32,000 bases of DNA, taken from the NCBI RefSeq assembly GCF_000011805.1, contig NC_006840.2. One strand, given 5' to 3'. Source of the stretch: Aliivibrio fischeri ES114 (GTDB taxonomy: Bacteria > Pseudomonadota > Gammaproteobacteria > Enterobacterales > Vibrionaceae). This document shows positions 1 through 9,503 of the stretch, one piece after another; the first letter of the stretch is position 1; the number at the start of each line of letters is the position of its first letter. Below the pieces are notes generated by a model. That model was given only the letters and a program-made list of their open reading frames with translations, was not told the DNA's origin and ran no database searches. The position numbers and the translations under genes are program-made.

Positions 1-2
1 CT

Positions 3-119
3 TATTTAGTAAAGCCCATTGATGGTCATGAGGATATGAAGATTGGATTGGGATTTTTCAGAAAAGAAAGAGAACAGCGCTTAGATAAAATGCTGACCCA
101 ACCCTTTAGAAAGAAATAA
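3..119 (+). CDS. 3' end of an unidentified CDS truncated by the window edge (...YLVKPIDGHEDMKIGLGFFRKEREQRLDKMLTQPFRKK*)
   Basis: Open frame from the window start to TAA at 117-119, followed directly by a terminator-like hairpin. Confidence 0.6.
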   Translation, partial: YLVKPIDGHEDMKIGLGFFRKEREQRLDKMLTQPFRKK

Positions 120-121
120 AC

Positions 122-153
122 AAAAAAAGGCGATCCGAAGATCGCCTTTTTTA
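122..153. terminator. Rho-independent terminator, probably bidirectional
   Basis: aaaaaaaGGCGATC cgaa GATCGCCtttttt: perfect 7-bp stem, stable tetraloop, A tract upstream and T tract downstream. Confidence 0.85.
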
Positions 154-192
154 TTTATAGATTATGTATTTCTAGCTAAATTTCTATATTGA

Positions 193-1785
193 TTATGGTG
201 TATAGAACGTAGCTGCACCAGGACCAACTGGTAGACCAAATACAAATACCCACACGTAAAACAGAACACTCCAACCAAACATAAAGCAGATTGAATAAGG
301 CAGCATAGTTGCAATCAGAGTACCGATACCTAGATTCTTCATGTAACGTGTTGCTACAGCAAGAATAAGACCGAAGTAGCTCATCATTGGTGTAATGATG
401 TTCGTTGTTGAATCACCAATACGGTATGCAGCTTGAATTGTTTCAGGTGCATAACCTACTAGCATTAGCATTGGAACAAAGATTGGTGCGGTTACTGCCC
501 ATTGTGCAGACGCTGAACCGATCATTAAGTTAATGAAGCCACACATTAGGATGAATGCGAAGAATAACATAGGACCAGTAAGACCTACGTCTTGTAGGAA
601 GCTCGCCCCACCAACCGCAATCACTTGACCAAAGTTAGTCCACTTAAAGAAAGCAACAAACTGTGCAGCAAAGAATACAAGAACAATGTACATACCCATT
701 GACGACATTGATGTAGCCATTGCATTGATGACATCACGATCATTCTTCATTGAACCAGTCACTTTACCGTAAACAAAGCCTGGAATAGCAAAGAATACAA
801 AAATAAAGGCAACGATACTCTTAAGGAATGGTGAACCAGCGACGGTACCAGTAGCTGAACGTAAAACACCATCTTCAGGAACAATTGTCCATGCAAGTAA
901 TGCACTCACGACTAGAACAGCTATACCAGCTAATTTAAGACCTTTCTTTTCAACATCCGTAAGTTTACCCATCGAATCATTAGACAGATCTTCAGATGCT
1001 TCTTCATCATTGTATTTACCCAGTTTCGGCTCAACAATTTTCTCTGTTACAAATGCACCAGTGATAGCAATAAAGAAAGTAGAAACAAACATAAAGTACC
1101 AGTTTGCTTCAGGACCAACAGTATAAGTTGGGTCAATCATTTGCGCTGCAGTTTCAGTGATACCAGAAAGCAGTGGATCAACCGTACCAATAAGAAGGTT
1201 TGCAGAATAACCACCAGATACACCCGCAAACGCAGCAGCAAGACCAGCTAATGGGTGACGGCCCAATGAGTGGAAAAGCATAGCAGCAAGAGGAATAAGT
1301 ACAACATAACCAAGCTCTGATGCAGTATTTGAAATAATACCAGCAAAAACAACGGTTACAGTAACCATACGCTTAGACGCACCCATTACCATGCCACGCA
1401 TTGCCGCAGATAATAGGCCTGAATGTTCTGCAATAGCAACACCAAGCATCGCTACAAGTACGGTACCTAATGGAGCAAAACCAACAAAGTTTTTCACTAA
1501 GTTAGTTACGATCAATTGTAAACCTTCTGCATTAAACAAGCTTACAACATGGATCATCCCATCAGCGGCACGTCCTTTCGCTCCTTCTGGGCGAGGGTCC
1601 ATAACTGATAGCTCAAAATAACCTGCGATACCGGATAAAACGAGAATAGCCACACAAAAGATTGCGAAAAGAGTAATTGGGTGTGGTAGTAAGTTTCCTA
1701 GGTATTCAACAGAATCAAGAAAGCGAGTAAATAAAGGCCTTTTAGGCTGTTGTTGGTTTTGTTGTTGTGATGCAGACGAACTCAT
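193..1785 (-). CDS. AbgT family (p-aminobenzoyl-glutamate type) transporter
   Basis: 530-aa polytopic membrane protein. Segments such as HPITLFAIFCVAILVLSG, GDSTTNIITPMMSYFGLILA and GPLGTVLVAMLGVAIAEHSG are typical of AbgT. Confidence 0.9.
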   Translation of the reverse strand: MSSSASQQQNQQQPKRPLFTRFLDSVEYLGNLLPHPITLFAIFCVAILVLSGIAGYFELSVMDPRPEGAKGRAADGMIHVVSLFNAEGLQLIVTNLVKNFVGFAPLGTVLVAMLGVAIAEHSGLLSAAMRGMVMGASKRMVTVTVVFAGIISNTASELGYVVLIPLAAMLFHSLGRHPLAGLAAAFAGVSGGYSANLLIGTVDPLLSGITETAAQMIDPTYTVGPEANWYFMFVSTFFIAITGAFVTEKIVEPKLGKYNDEEASEDLSNDSMGKLTDVEKKGLKLAGIAVLVVSALLAWTIVPEDGVLRSATGTVAGSPFLKSIVAFIFVFFAIPGFVYGKVTGSMKNDRDVINAMATSMSSMGMYIVLVFFAAQFVAFFKWTNFGQVIAVGGASFLQDVGLTGPMLFFAFILMCGFINLMIGSASAQWAVTAPIFVPMLMLVGYAPETIQAAYRIGDSTTNIITPMMSYFGLILAVATRYMKNLGIGTLIATMLPYSICFMFGWSVLFYVWVFVFGLPVGPGAATFYTP

Positions 1786-2079
1786 CTGTAACTCCTTGTT
1801 TTTGACCTACCTTAAATAAATCATATTAAACGTTAGAAACAATGAACAATATTGTGTGATTTAGTTAAAAGTAAGTACATCCAAAATTCACAGAAAGGTT
1901 ACTTGATTGTTACAATCATTAAAAGAGCAAAATGTCACAAAGTATTTCAAATGTAGTTAATTTGACCAGTTTAACATCACAAAACAAAACTTTTGATTAA
2001 CAATCAATCAGTTTATTTCACATAAAAGTCGAGATAAAAAATGAGAAAGTACTATAATTAGCTTTCAATATTCTCTATT

Positions 2080-2622
2080 TTGATGTTAATTCCCGTGAAA
2101 TTCATTCAAAATAGTTATCTGCATTTTTTATATAGGCTTGTTATGTTTCGTCACCTTTTCGCTATATTTACTGTTGTTGGCTTATTGGGGTGCTCCTCAA
2201 CTCCTCCAGTGGCAGAGTTATCAAAACAAGAGATCACCACTCAACATCCACAGCTCTCATCATCAGATGCTTATCAAGATTATTTTTATCAATGGCAAGG
2301 AGTTCCGTATAAATACGGGGGTACTTCTAAGAATGGCGTTGATTGTTCTGCATTTACTCAAAACGCATTTGATGTTTTACATCGTTTATCGCTGCCAAGA
2401 ACTACAGAGTATCAAGCAACTTCTGGCACTCAAATCGCATTAGCTAATGCTAAAAAAGGCGATTTAATCTTTTTCAAAACCAGTGTAAAAGTAAGGCATG
2501 TTGGTGTTTATATTGGAAATAGAGAATTTATGCATGCATCTACATCCAAAGGCGTGATTATCTCTAGCTTAGATAATCCTTATTGGAAAAAAGCATTCTG
2601 GCAAGTTCGAAGAGTGTTATAA
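2080..2622 (+). CDS. NlpC/P60 family peptidoglycan endopeptidase lipoprotein
   Basis: Lipobox VVGLLGCSS. NlpC/P60 catalytic region YGGTSKNGVDCSAFTQNAF...GDLIFFKT...HVGVYIGN. The true start may be an internal Met (MVMFRHLFAIF). Confidence 0.88.
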   Translation: MMLIPVKFIQNSYLHFLYRLVMFRHLFAIFTVVGLLGCSSTPPVAELSKQEITTQHPQLSSSDAYQDYFYQWQGVPYKYGGTSKNGVDCSAFTQNAFDVLHRLSLPRTTEYQATSGTQIALANAKKGDLIFFKTSVKVRHVGVYIGNREFMHASTSKGVIISSLDNPYWKKAFWQVRRVL

Positions 2623-2628
2623 ACAAAA

Positions 2629-2672
2629 AAGCTAAGTGAAATACCCCTACTTCACTTAGCTTCACGATCTTT
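2629..2672. terminator. Bidirectional Rho-independent terminator between convergent genes
   Basis: aaGCTAAGTGAA...TTCACTTAGCtt hairpin between the 2080-2622 (+) and 2691 (-) genes. Confidence 0.7.
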
Positions 2673-2690
2673 CGTTCTTTATGATATGAA

Positions 2691-3026
2691 TTACTTAAAT
2701 GCGCTATCAAATAAGTTTTTAATTAGACCAATATAATCATCTAAAAACATTACTTGTTCATTTGTCGCTTTTTGAACCCATGCTCCAGCTAACACTTCCC
2801 CTAAGTCATCAACAACAGCATCGGCTTCTCTTAGCAGTGTAAATCTAACATCAGGATCCAATTCAGGATTTTGCTGAAAAACGACCATCAAATTTGAAGC
2901 AACAAGATCATTAACGATATCTTCAACCGTCTCTTCTCCTGTATCACCTTGTTGGTTTGCAAAAATTGAAAGGTGTTCAGTCAAATATTCAATTAATGCG
3001 TGGTATCCATCAGTGTTGACAATCAT
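2691..3026 (-). CDS. Conserved hypothetical protein, DUF3802-like
   Basis: ORF from MIVNTDGYHALIEYLTEHLSIF...; the track ORF extends upstream to 3092 but the internal Met looks like the real start. The family call is from memory of Vibrionaceae proteins. Confidence 0.6.
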   Translation of the reverse strand: MIVNTDGYHALIEYLTEHLSIFANQQGDTGEETVEDIVNDLVASNLMVVFQQNPELDPDVRFTLLREADAVVDDLGEVLAGAWVQKATNEQVMFLDDYIGLIKNLFDSAFK

Positions 3027-3282
3027 ATTCTGTCCATTTAGTTGTAATTTATTATTAACTAACCAGTAATTTATCAAAATTGAGATCGACACTCAAACGC
3101 TTTCCATTAAGCTTGACAGATAGATCAACTCTTTAATTGATTTCCTTCACGCTTATTACTTCCTTTTTACGAATTGCTTATAAGCTTTTCACATTGAGGT
3201 GTTTTTTAGTCTTACCTCACAGATATTTATCTCAAATATACTATGCTTAGTGTCTGTTTATCAGATATTGTGAGGTAATATT

Positions 3283-4149
3283 ATGTGGCAAGCTATTGCA
3301 AAACAAATCTCTGAAGTAACTCAACAACCTTTCAGTATCTCAGAACGTGAGAGTGTGAATGGTGGCGAAATAAATGACTGCTACATGATAAGTAATGGAA
3401 GTCAGCGTTATTTTGTCAAAATTAATGAAAAAGCAGAACTTCCTATATTTGAAACTGAAATAGAAAGCCTCACTCAACTTGATAAATCAGATCATATCTT
3501 TGTCCCCTCCCCAATCCATATAGGAACAACCAAAGAACATTCATTTTTAGTTCTTAATTACCTCCCAACCAAAAGTATGGATAAAGACGCTTTTTATGAA
3601 TTAGGTGTCAGTCTTGCGAATCACCATCTATGGGGTGATCAACTCGAATACGGTTTTGACTGTGATAATTATCTTGGAAATGTATTACAAGTAAATACTT
3701 GGCACCGTCGTTGGGATTGTTTTTTTGCAGAGCAGCGCATTGGCTGGCAACTTCAACTACTCAAAGAAAAAGGGATGGTCCTTGGGGATATCGATACCCT
3801 AGTTAAAAATAGTAAATTAATTCTTCATAACCACCAACCCAAACCGGCATTACTGCATGGTGATTTATGGCATGGCAATATTGCTTTAAGTGTTAAGGGA
3901 CCAATAAGTTACGATCCCGCATCTTATTGGGGAGATGCTGAATGTGATTTAGCAATGGTTGAACTGTTTGGAGGGATTCAAGACAGTTTCTTTGAAGGTT
4001 ATGAATCCATATCCTCTATTTCTGAAGGCTTTGAGACTCGTCAGCACTTATATAGCCTTTATCATGTATTAAATCATTGCAATATGTTTGGTGGTGAATA
4101 CATGTTCCATGCACAACAACTGATCGATAAGCTAAATTTAAATGAATGA
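3283..4149 (+). CDS. Fructosamine kinase / aminoglycoside phosphotransferase-like kinase
   Basis: 288 aa; kinase-fold motifs LLHGDLWHGNIAL and SYDPASYWGDAECDLAMVELFGG are characteristic of the family. Confidence 0.9.
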   Translation: MWQAIAKQISEVTQQPFSISERESVNGGEINDCYMISNGSQRYFVKINEKAELPIFETEIESLTQLDKSDHIFVPSPIHIGTTKEHSFLVLNYLPTKSMDKDAFYELGVSLANHHLWGDQLEYGFDCDNYLGNVLQVNTWHRRWDCFFAEQRIGWQLQLLKEKGMVLGDIDTLVKNSKLILHNHQPKPALLHGDLWHGNIALSVKGPISYDPASYWGDAECDLAMVELFGGIQDSFFEGYESISSISEGFETRQHLYSLYHVLNHCNMFGGEYMFHAQQLIDKLNLNE

Positions 4150-4174
4150 CAATAGGTATTCACCTAGCAAATAC

Positions 4175-4205
4175 AATGAGATGGTACTTGCCATCTCATT
4201 TTTTG
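4175..4205 (+). terminator. Rho-independent terminator
   Basis: AATGAGATGG tacttg CCATCTCATT followed by a T-rich run, 25 bp downstream of the kinase stop. Confidence 0.75.
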
Positions 4206-4384
4206 TTTAATGTTAAACTCTTTGGCTTAAAACATCGCATCAATCAACTTTTTTACTTAATTCACTGCAGAAACAAACTCTTTTTTCTACTATTAAATGG
4301 ATATTCATTAATGCGTTATGCCAATTCTATAAAAGTTAATTAAAACTGGCATTTACGATTACAGGACAGTAAAAGGAGTTTGTT

Positions 4385-4588
4385 GTGAATAATTACATTA
4401 ATAAAAATATCCAGTGCCCTAACTGCCATCACTCAATTGATATGGTTATCGACCAATCTCAATCAAATAAAAAAGTATACGATGACTGTCCATCTTGTCA
4501 TCGTGCCATTGAATTTAACATGGAGATTAACCCATATACTCAATCGGTAAGTCTTTCTATCAATAATGATGAAGATGGATTGTTTTAG
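4385..4588 (+). CDS. CPXCG-motif small cysteine-rich (zinc-ribbon-like) protein
   Basis: GTG start; IQCPNCHHSIDMVID...DCPSCHRAIEFNMEI with two CxxC pairs. Confidence 0.8.
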   Translation: MNNYINKNIQCPNCHHSIDMVIDQSQSNKKVYDDCPSCHRAIEFNMEINPYTQSVSLSINNDEDGLF

Positions 4589-4594
4589 CTGATC

Positions 4595-5203
4595 TTATTG
4601 TTGGTTCGCTAACACTCGCTCAACAGTATCTACAATCGCTTGTGTTTGCGGATCAATCTCTAGATTAATTTTATCGCCAATTATTCTAGTACTTAAATTG
4701 GTACGCTCTAGAGTTTCAGGGATTAAATTTACATTAAATCCTTTTTCATCGACATCACCAATCGTCAAACTGATCCCATCAACCCCAATATAGCCTTTAT
4801 GTAAAATGTATTTTGTCCATTGTGCAGGAACATCAAACCATATTTGGCAATTCTCACTGGTTTTATTAATTTCACGTACAACCATTACATCAACGATATG
4901 GCCAGACATTGAGTGCCCACCAATCTCATCTCCAAAGCGAGCTGCACGTTCAATATTAACCTTTTGCCCTACTTCTAATAAACCAAGATTCGTTAAACGT
5001 AACGTTTCCTCGATAAGGTCAAAGTGCGCTTGTTGGCCTTCAATCTTAGTTACGGTCAAACAACAACCATTATGAGCAACTGAAGCACCAATTTCTAAAC
5101 CTTGATGGTACGGAGTAGGAATTTCAATAATATGAGTTTGAAACTTGTCTTTTTTTACAATATTAACGACTTTTGCAGTGGTCGCGACAATACCTGTAAA
5201 CAT
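4595..5203 (-). CDS. ribE: Riboflavin synthase, alpha subunit
   Basis: MFTGIVATTAKV N-terminus, NGCCLTV, GGHSMSGHIVD and duplicated lumazine-binding domain motifs. The start is placed at the internal MFTGIV. Confidence 0.93.
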   Translation of the reverse strand: MFTGIVATTAKVVNIVKKDKFQTHIIEIPTPYHQGLEIGASVAHNGCCLTVTKIEGQQAHFDLIEETLRLTNLGLLEVGQKVNIERAARFGDEIGGHSMSGHIVDVMVVREINKTSENCQIWFDVPAQWTKYILHKGYIGVDGISLTIGDVDEKGFNVNLIPETLERTNLSTRIIGDKINLEIDPQTQAIVDTVERVLANQQ

Positions 5204-5461
5204 TTGCTTCTCCAATAATCTTTTATCAAGCATTTGAACTATAAATAATTAACTCAACTTTATTACAATAATCTACAATACTTGGAATATTTCATTTTGT
5301 GAAGCTCACTGTTTTCTATATAATGACGCCTTTCTGCTTACCTTTAACAGTTCCTCTGTTCAAAGCACTCAATCAGACCTTTTTTCTTCATTACATCCTT
5401 ATGTGATGATGAATCGATAAATTAAACTCCTTATTTACAAATATATTGATACGGTGACGCA

Positions 5462-6844
5462 GTGCACAGATACCAAAAAGAAATCGTTCGTTTAATTAAA
5501 CTCTCTACACCTGTATTAATTGCAAGTGTGGCACAAACAGGCATGGGCTTTGTTGATACAGTAATGGCTGGTGGCGTAAGCGCAACTGACATGGCTGCTG
5601 TAGCCATTGCTGCAAGTGTGTGGCTACCTTCTGTATTGTTTGGTGTTGGTCTACTTATGGCCCTTGTGCCTGTTGTAGCTCAACTAAACGGTTCAGGAAA
5701 ATCAAAAAAAGTACCATTTGAGATCCACCAAGGTGTTTACCTTGCTTTATTAACCTCAATTCCAATTATGCTGGTGTTATATAATGCTGGCTTTATTATT
5801 GCCGCAATGGATGTAGAACCTGAGCTATACGAAAAAACTCAAGGCTATTTACATGCTGTATTGTGGGCTGCGCCAGCATTTTTATTATTCCAAACTCTGC
5901 GTAGTTTTTGTGAAGGTTTATCTCTAACCACTCCAGCAATGATTATCGGCTTCATTGGTCTTGCTGCTAACGTTCCATTAAACTGGATGTTTGTTTACGG
6001 TGAGCTTGGCGCTCCTGCTCTTGGCGGTGTTGGTTGTGGTGTTGCTACTGCTATCGTTTATTGGTTGATGTTCTTAACCATGACTTTGTATACGTTTATC
6101 GCTCCGAAACTGCGTCGCGTAAACCTATATGAAAACTGGAATAAACCACAAAGAAAAGAGATCTATCGCCTTTTCAAACTGGGCCTTCCTGTTGCTTTGT
6201 CTATTTTCTTTGAGGTGACCCTATTTGCAGCTGTTGCATTACTGGTTTCTCCGTTAGGCTCTACGGTAGTTGCCGCTCACCAAGTTGCGATTAACTTTTC
6301 ATCATTAATTTTTATGATCCCGATGAGTATCGCTGTTGCGGTAAGTATTCGAGTTGGTCATAAATTAGGTGAGAAAGATCTCGATGGAGCAAAAGTAGCA
6401 AGTTATTGCGGTCTAGCTTTTGGTTTGTTGATGGCATGTTGTACAGCTATTCTAACTCTTATTTTCAGAGAACAAATTGCTTATTTGTATTCAGATAACC
6501 AAGAAGTAATTACCTTAGCGGTAAGTTTAATGCTATTAGCTGCTATTTATCAATGTACTGATGCCGTGCAAGTTGTTGCAGCTGGTGCCCTACGTGGTTA
6601 TAAAGACATGAATGCCATCTTTAAGTGTACTTTTGTCTCTTACTGGATAGTTGGTCTGCCTTCAGGTTATGTTCTTGGCATGACAGATTGGATTAGAGAA
6701 CCAATGGGCGTTTATGGTTTTTGGTTTGGCTTTATTGGTGGCTTAACGACATCTGCAATCCTACTAACTTGTCGCCTACTGTGGCTTCAACGTAATCCTA
6801 CTCGTATCGATATGGAAGTAGATGAACTGCAAATCATGCACTAA
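5462..6844 (+). CDS. norM: MATE family multidrug/Na+ antiporter NorM
   Basis: 460-aa MATE protein (STPVLIASVAQTGMGFVDTVMAGGVSATDMAAVAIAAS...), divergent from ribE as in other vibrios; GTG start. Confidence 0.92.
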   Translation: MHRYQKEIVRLIKLSTPVLIASVAQTGMGFVDTVMAGGVSATDMAAVAIAASVWLPSVLFGVGLLMALVPVVAQLNGSGKSKKVPFEIHQGVYLALLTSIPIMLVLYNAGFIIAAMDVEPELYEKTQGYLHAVLWAAPAFLLFQTLRSFCEGLSLTTPAMIIGFIGLAANVPLNWMFVYGELGAPALGGVGCGVATAIVYWLMFLTMTLYTFIAPKLRRVNLYENWNKPQRKEIYRLFKLGLPVALSIFFEVTLFAAVALLVSPLGSTVVAAHQVAINFSSLIFMIPMSIAVAVSIRVGHKLGEKDLDGAKVASYCGLAFGLLMACCTAILTLIFREQIAYLYSDNQEVITLAVSLMLLAAIYQCTDAVQVVAAGALRGYKDMNAIFKCTFVSYWIVGLPSGYVLGMTDWIREPMGVYGFWFGFIGGLTTSAILLTCRLLWLQRNPTRIDMEVDELQIMH

Positions 6845-6862
6845 CTTTCCATTCTAAAATAA

Positions 6863-6903
6863 TAAAAAAGCCGAACATATTAGATATGTTCGACTTTTTT
6901 TTA
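6863..6903. terminator. Bidirectional Rho-independent terminator
   Basis: aaaaaAG.CGAACATAT..ATATGTTCG.CTtttttt between convergent norM and the HEAT/TPR gene. Confidence 0.8.
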
Positions 6904-6927
6904 ATCAAATACTTACATTAATTGTTA

Positions 6928-7932
6928 TTACTTACGTTTCTCTTTTAATTGTTCAATTACATATTCAGGCGCTACCTTTGCTAGCTCTTCTAAACAAGCA
7001 TCTGTTTTTTCATTTCCATAGCGTACATAAATATCACATACTGCATATAACTGCTCTGGCGAACCAGAAATTAAATACGCCTTTTCAAACGATTCAGTCG
7101 CTAATTTCACATCAATACTTTCTTGTAAAACACCATTCAAATACCAATAATAACTATTATTATCCGCTAATGTTGCTGCTGTCTGAATCGATTTAGCGGC
7201 GTCTTCTTTTTGATTTAAACGCACTTGAGTTAATGCTTTTGAATAAAATAAGCTCGGTTCTTTAGGTAATTGCTTTATACCTTGATTTAGCGTAACTAGC
7301 GCTTGTTCATCTTGATTTTGGCCACGGAAATTATCTGATAAATTCAACCATACTTCTGCATTTTCAGGTTCGGATTTAACTAATTTTTGATAAATAACAT
7401 CGGCTTTAGTCCACTCACCATGCCAGCGGTATATGTCTGCTAATTGCAGTTGAGTATCCTGTCTATTTTGCGATGTTAGAGTATCAACTAACTCTTTATA
7501 TACAGGTTCCATTTGAACCTGTTGTTCTGCCGTCATAGAACGATATTCACGCATTAAATTAATACCAGCAGCGAGACGAACACTCATTTCAGAATCACTC
7601 AATAACGGTGAAATCATTCTCCAACGATGAGATAACTTGTATAACTCTGATCCTGTAATTGCCGCTTCTCGGATAACCGGATTTGGATCTTTTAGCCCTC
7701 TAGCGACCGCAACCAAACTGTTTTGGTTAGGAAATCGAGCTAATTGGCGTAATGCATCTGCTCTATTTTCTATCGTTTCATTTTTATTTTGAGCCCTATA
7801 CGCTAATTCTTGCTCAGGGCTCATCTTTTGTGCTTGATTCACTGTCGGAGCTTGCTGAACACTGTCACTAGCAAATGAAGACGCAGAAAATCCCAATATG
7901 GATAACAAACTAATGCAGACTATTTTTTTCAT
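6928..7932 (-). CDS. Secreted/periplasmic HEAT-like plus TPR repeat protein, paralogous to the C-terminal half of the multiheme cytochrome at 18002-20278
   Basis: Signal peptide MKKIVCISLLSILGFSASSFASD, TPR-like repeats (ADVIYQKLVKSEPENAEVWLNLSDNFRGQNQ), and strong collinear similarity to the C-terminus of the 18002 ORF. Confidence 0.85.
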   Translation of the reverse strand: MKKIVCISLLSILGFSASSFASDSVQQAPTVNQAQKMSPEQELAYRAQNKNETIENRADALRQLARFPNQNSLVAVARGLKDPNPVIREAAITGSELYKLSHRWRMISPLLSDSEMSVRLAAGINLMREYRSMTAEQQVQMEPVYKELVDTLTSQNRQDTQLQLADIYRWHGEWTKADVIYQKLVKSEPENAEVWLNLSDNFRGQNQDEQALVTLNQGIKQLPKEPSLFYSKALTQVRLNQKEDAAKSIQTAATLADNNSYYWYLNGVLQESIDVKLATESFEKAYLISGSPEQLYAVCDIYVRYGNEKTDACLEELAKVAPEYVIEQLKEKRK

Positions 7933-7985
7933 AAGGTACTCTTAAACGTACGATCTTAAAGATTAAATAATTAAAATTTAGATTA

Positions 7986-9302
7986 TTAAAACTTAGTAGG
8001 AAAAGCATTTTGGTGAACTTGCTGCATCTTCGCATCACTGTATTTACCGTGCTGAACAGGATTCCCTAGCATTTTCAATATATAAGCGATGGATTTATCA
8101 GCATGAGCAAAAAACTTCTTCCAACCTGCACACAGATAATTTAATCCAGGTTCACCATCACGTGTTTTAATAAAACGGTTTTTAGGACATTCACCATGAC
8201 ACGCAAATTTATATTCACACTTCTGACATTGAGTCGTTAACGTTTTTGATTTTGCAAAACCAAACTCTTGTTGCTTGCGGCTAAACGCTAATGTATCCAA
8301 CTCTTCATTATGAATATTTCCGATTTTATATTCAGGGTACACATAATGGTCACAAGCAAACACATCTCCATTGTGTTCCATTGCTAAGCCTTTTCCGCAA
8401 ATCTCACCTAATGTACATAATGGGTTTTTACGCCCCATCCATGTTTCAACACTGGCTTCAAAATACTGAACAAATACTTTACCTAGGTCATGCTGAGTCC
8501 ATTCATCAAATACAGCAATTAAGAAATTACCCCATGCTTCATCTGAAACACACCAAGGTTCCATAATGGATTCTTTATTACCTGGAATTAAACGTTTATC
8601 GCCTTGACGTAGCTGTGCTGCAATTTGCTCAGTTTGAGGAGCAACTGTTCTAAACGTTTTTTGCTCAACGATTGGAATAAACTGCATTTGTGGCGATTTC
8701 ACCACATCACGTAAGAATCGATATACCTCAAGAGGGTTTCGACTCGTTAAATTATTCACACACGTTAACGTGGCAAATTTCACATTATGTTTATGCAATA
8801 ATTCAACAGCGTTCATTACTTGCTTAAACGTACCGCGCCCCGCTTTGTTGGTGCGATAAGCATTGTGTAGCATTTCAGGTCCATCAATACTCAAACCAAC
8901 TAAAAAATTGTTTTCAGCAAGAAACTCACACCATTTATCGGTTAATAACGTACCGTTTGTCTGTAAATCATTAGAAATCAAGATCCCTTCAGGCTGATAT
9001 TTTTTTTGAAATTCAACAATTTTTTTAAAGTAATCAAGACCTAATAACGTCGGTTCACCACCTTGCCATGAGAAGATAATCTCTGGCGTGTTTTGTCCTT
9101 CAATATATTGACGAATATAAGTTTCAAGCGTTTCGTCATCCATTTGCGGTGAACAACCCTTTTTATACTCAAGTAAATCTTCTTTACTTAAGTAATAACA
9201 ATAAGAACAATCAATATTACATACAGCACCAATAGGCTTGGCCATAACATGTAATCGTTTTGATGCTTTACCTTGAAATTGTGGGCCTTGAGTAATGATC
9301 AT
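7986..9302 (-). CDS. Anaerobic sulfatase-maturating enzyme (radical SAM/SPASM, anSME-like)
   Basis: CNIDCSYC (CX3CX2C) radical SAM motif, FSWQGGEPTLLG, SPASM-type Cys clusters CTLGEICGKGLAMEHNGDVFACDHYVYPEY...CQKCEYKFACHGECPKNRF. Its position near three sulfatases supports the call. Confidence 0.93.
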   Translation of the reverse strand: MIITQGPQFQGKASKRLHVMAKPIGAVCNIDCSYCYYLSKEDLLEYKKGCSPQMDDETLETYIRQYIEGQNTPEIIFSWQGGEPTLLGLDYFKKIVEFQKKYQPEGILISNDLQTNGTLLTDKWCEFLAENNFLVGLSIDGPEMLHNAYRTNKAGRGTFKQVMNAVELLHKHNVKFATLTCVNNLTSRNPLEVYRFLRDVVKSPQMQFIPIVEQKTFRTVAPQTEQIAAQLRQGDKRLIPGNKESIMEPWCVSDEAWGNFLIAVFDEWTQHDLGKVFVQYFEASVETWMGRKNPLCTLGEICGKGLAMEHNGDVFACDHYVYPEYKIGNIHNEELDTLAFSRKQQEFGFAKSKTLTTQCQKCEYKFACHGECPKNRFIKTRDGEPGLNYLCAGWKKFFAHADKSIAYILKMLGNPVQHGKYSDAKMQQVHQNAFPTKF

Positions 9303-9440
9303 ATTGATTCCTATTATTTTACGAATTTGGTTAAGTAGAACTTACCTAGCCAAAGAGAAAACCACCCTTATAGTTTTGCTGCTAAGTAAGTTCTAACTCT
9401 ATAATAAACCAAAAGAACTACTCTATTAGTTATATACGTT

Positions 9441-9455
9441 ATTCCAATTTGGAAT
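9441..9455. promoter_or_regulatory. Perfect inverted repeat ATTCCAA-T-TTGGAAT, candidate operator (fits T-N11-A)
   Basis: Located in the 201-bp divergent intergenic region between the maturase (start 9302) and the SUMF1-like lipoprotein (start 9504). Confidence 0.4.
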
Positions 9456-9503
9456 GTTAAGTTACTGTATGATAAACGTACAAAAATAACTGTTGAGGAT
9501 GTC

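Noticed and set aside
1391-1621. Numerous 60-130 aa ORFs antisense to long CDSs (for example 1391-1621, 4806-5075, 8291-8566, 11996-12522, 12664-13056, 13900-14277, 14936-15262, 19690-20218, 21317-21520, 23105-23320, 24968-25216)
   Set aside because: Each is fully antisense to a confidently assigned gene, has no recognisable domain or clear RBS, and is expected by chance in this composition.
1993-2007. FNR/CRP-type box TTGAT-N5-ATCAA
   Set aside because: The FNR consensus needs a 4-bp spacer; here it is 5 bp, and the other repeat in the region has different geometry.
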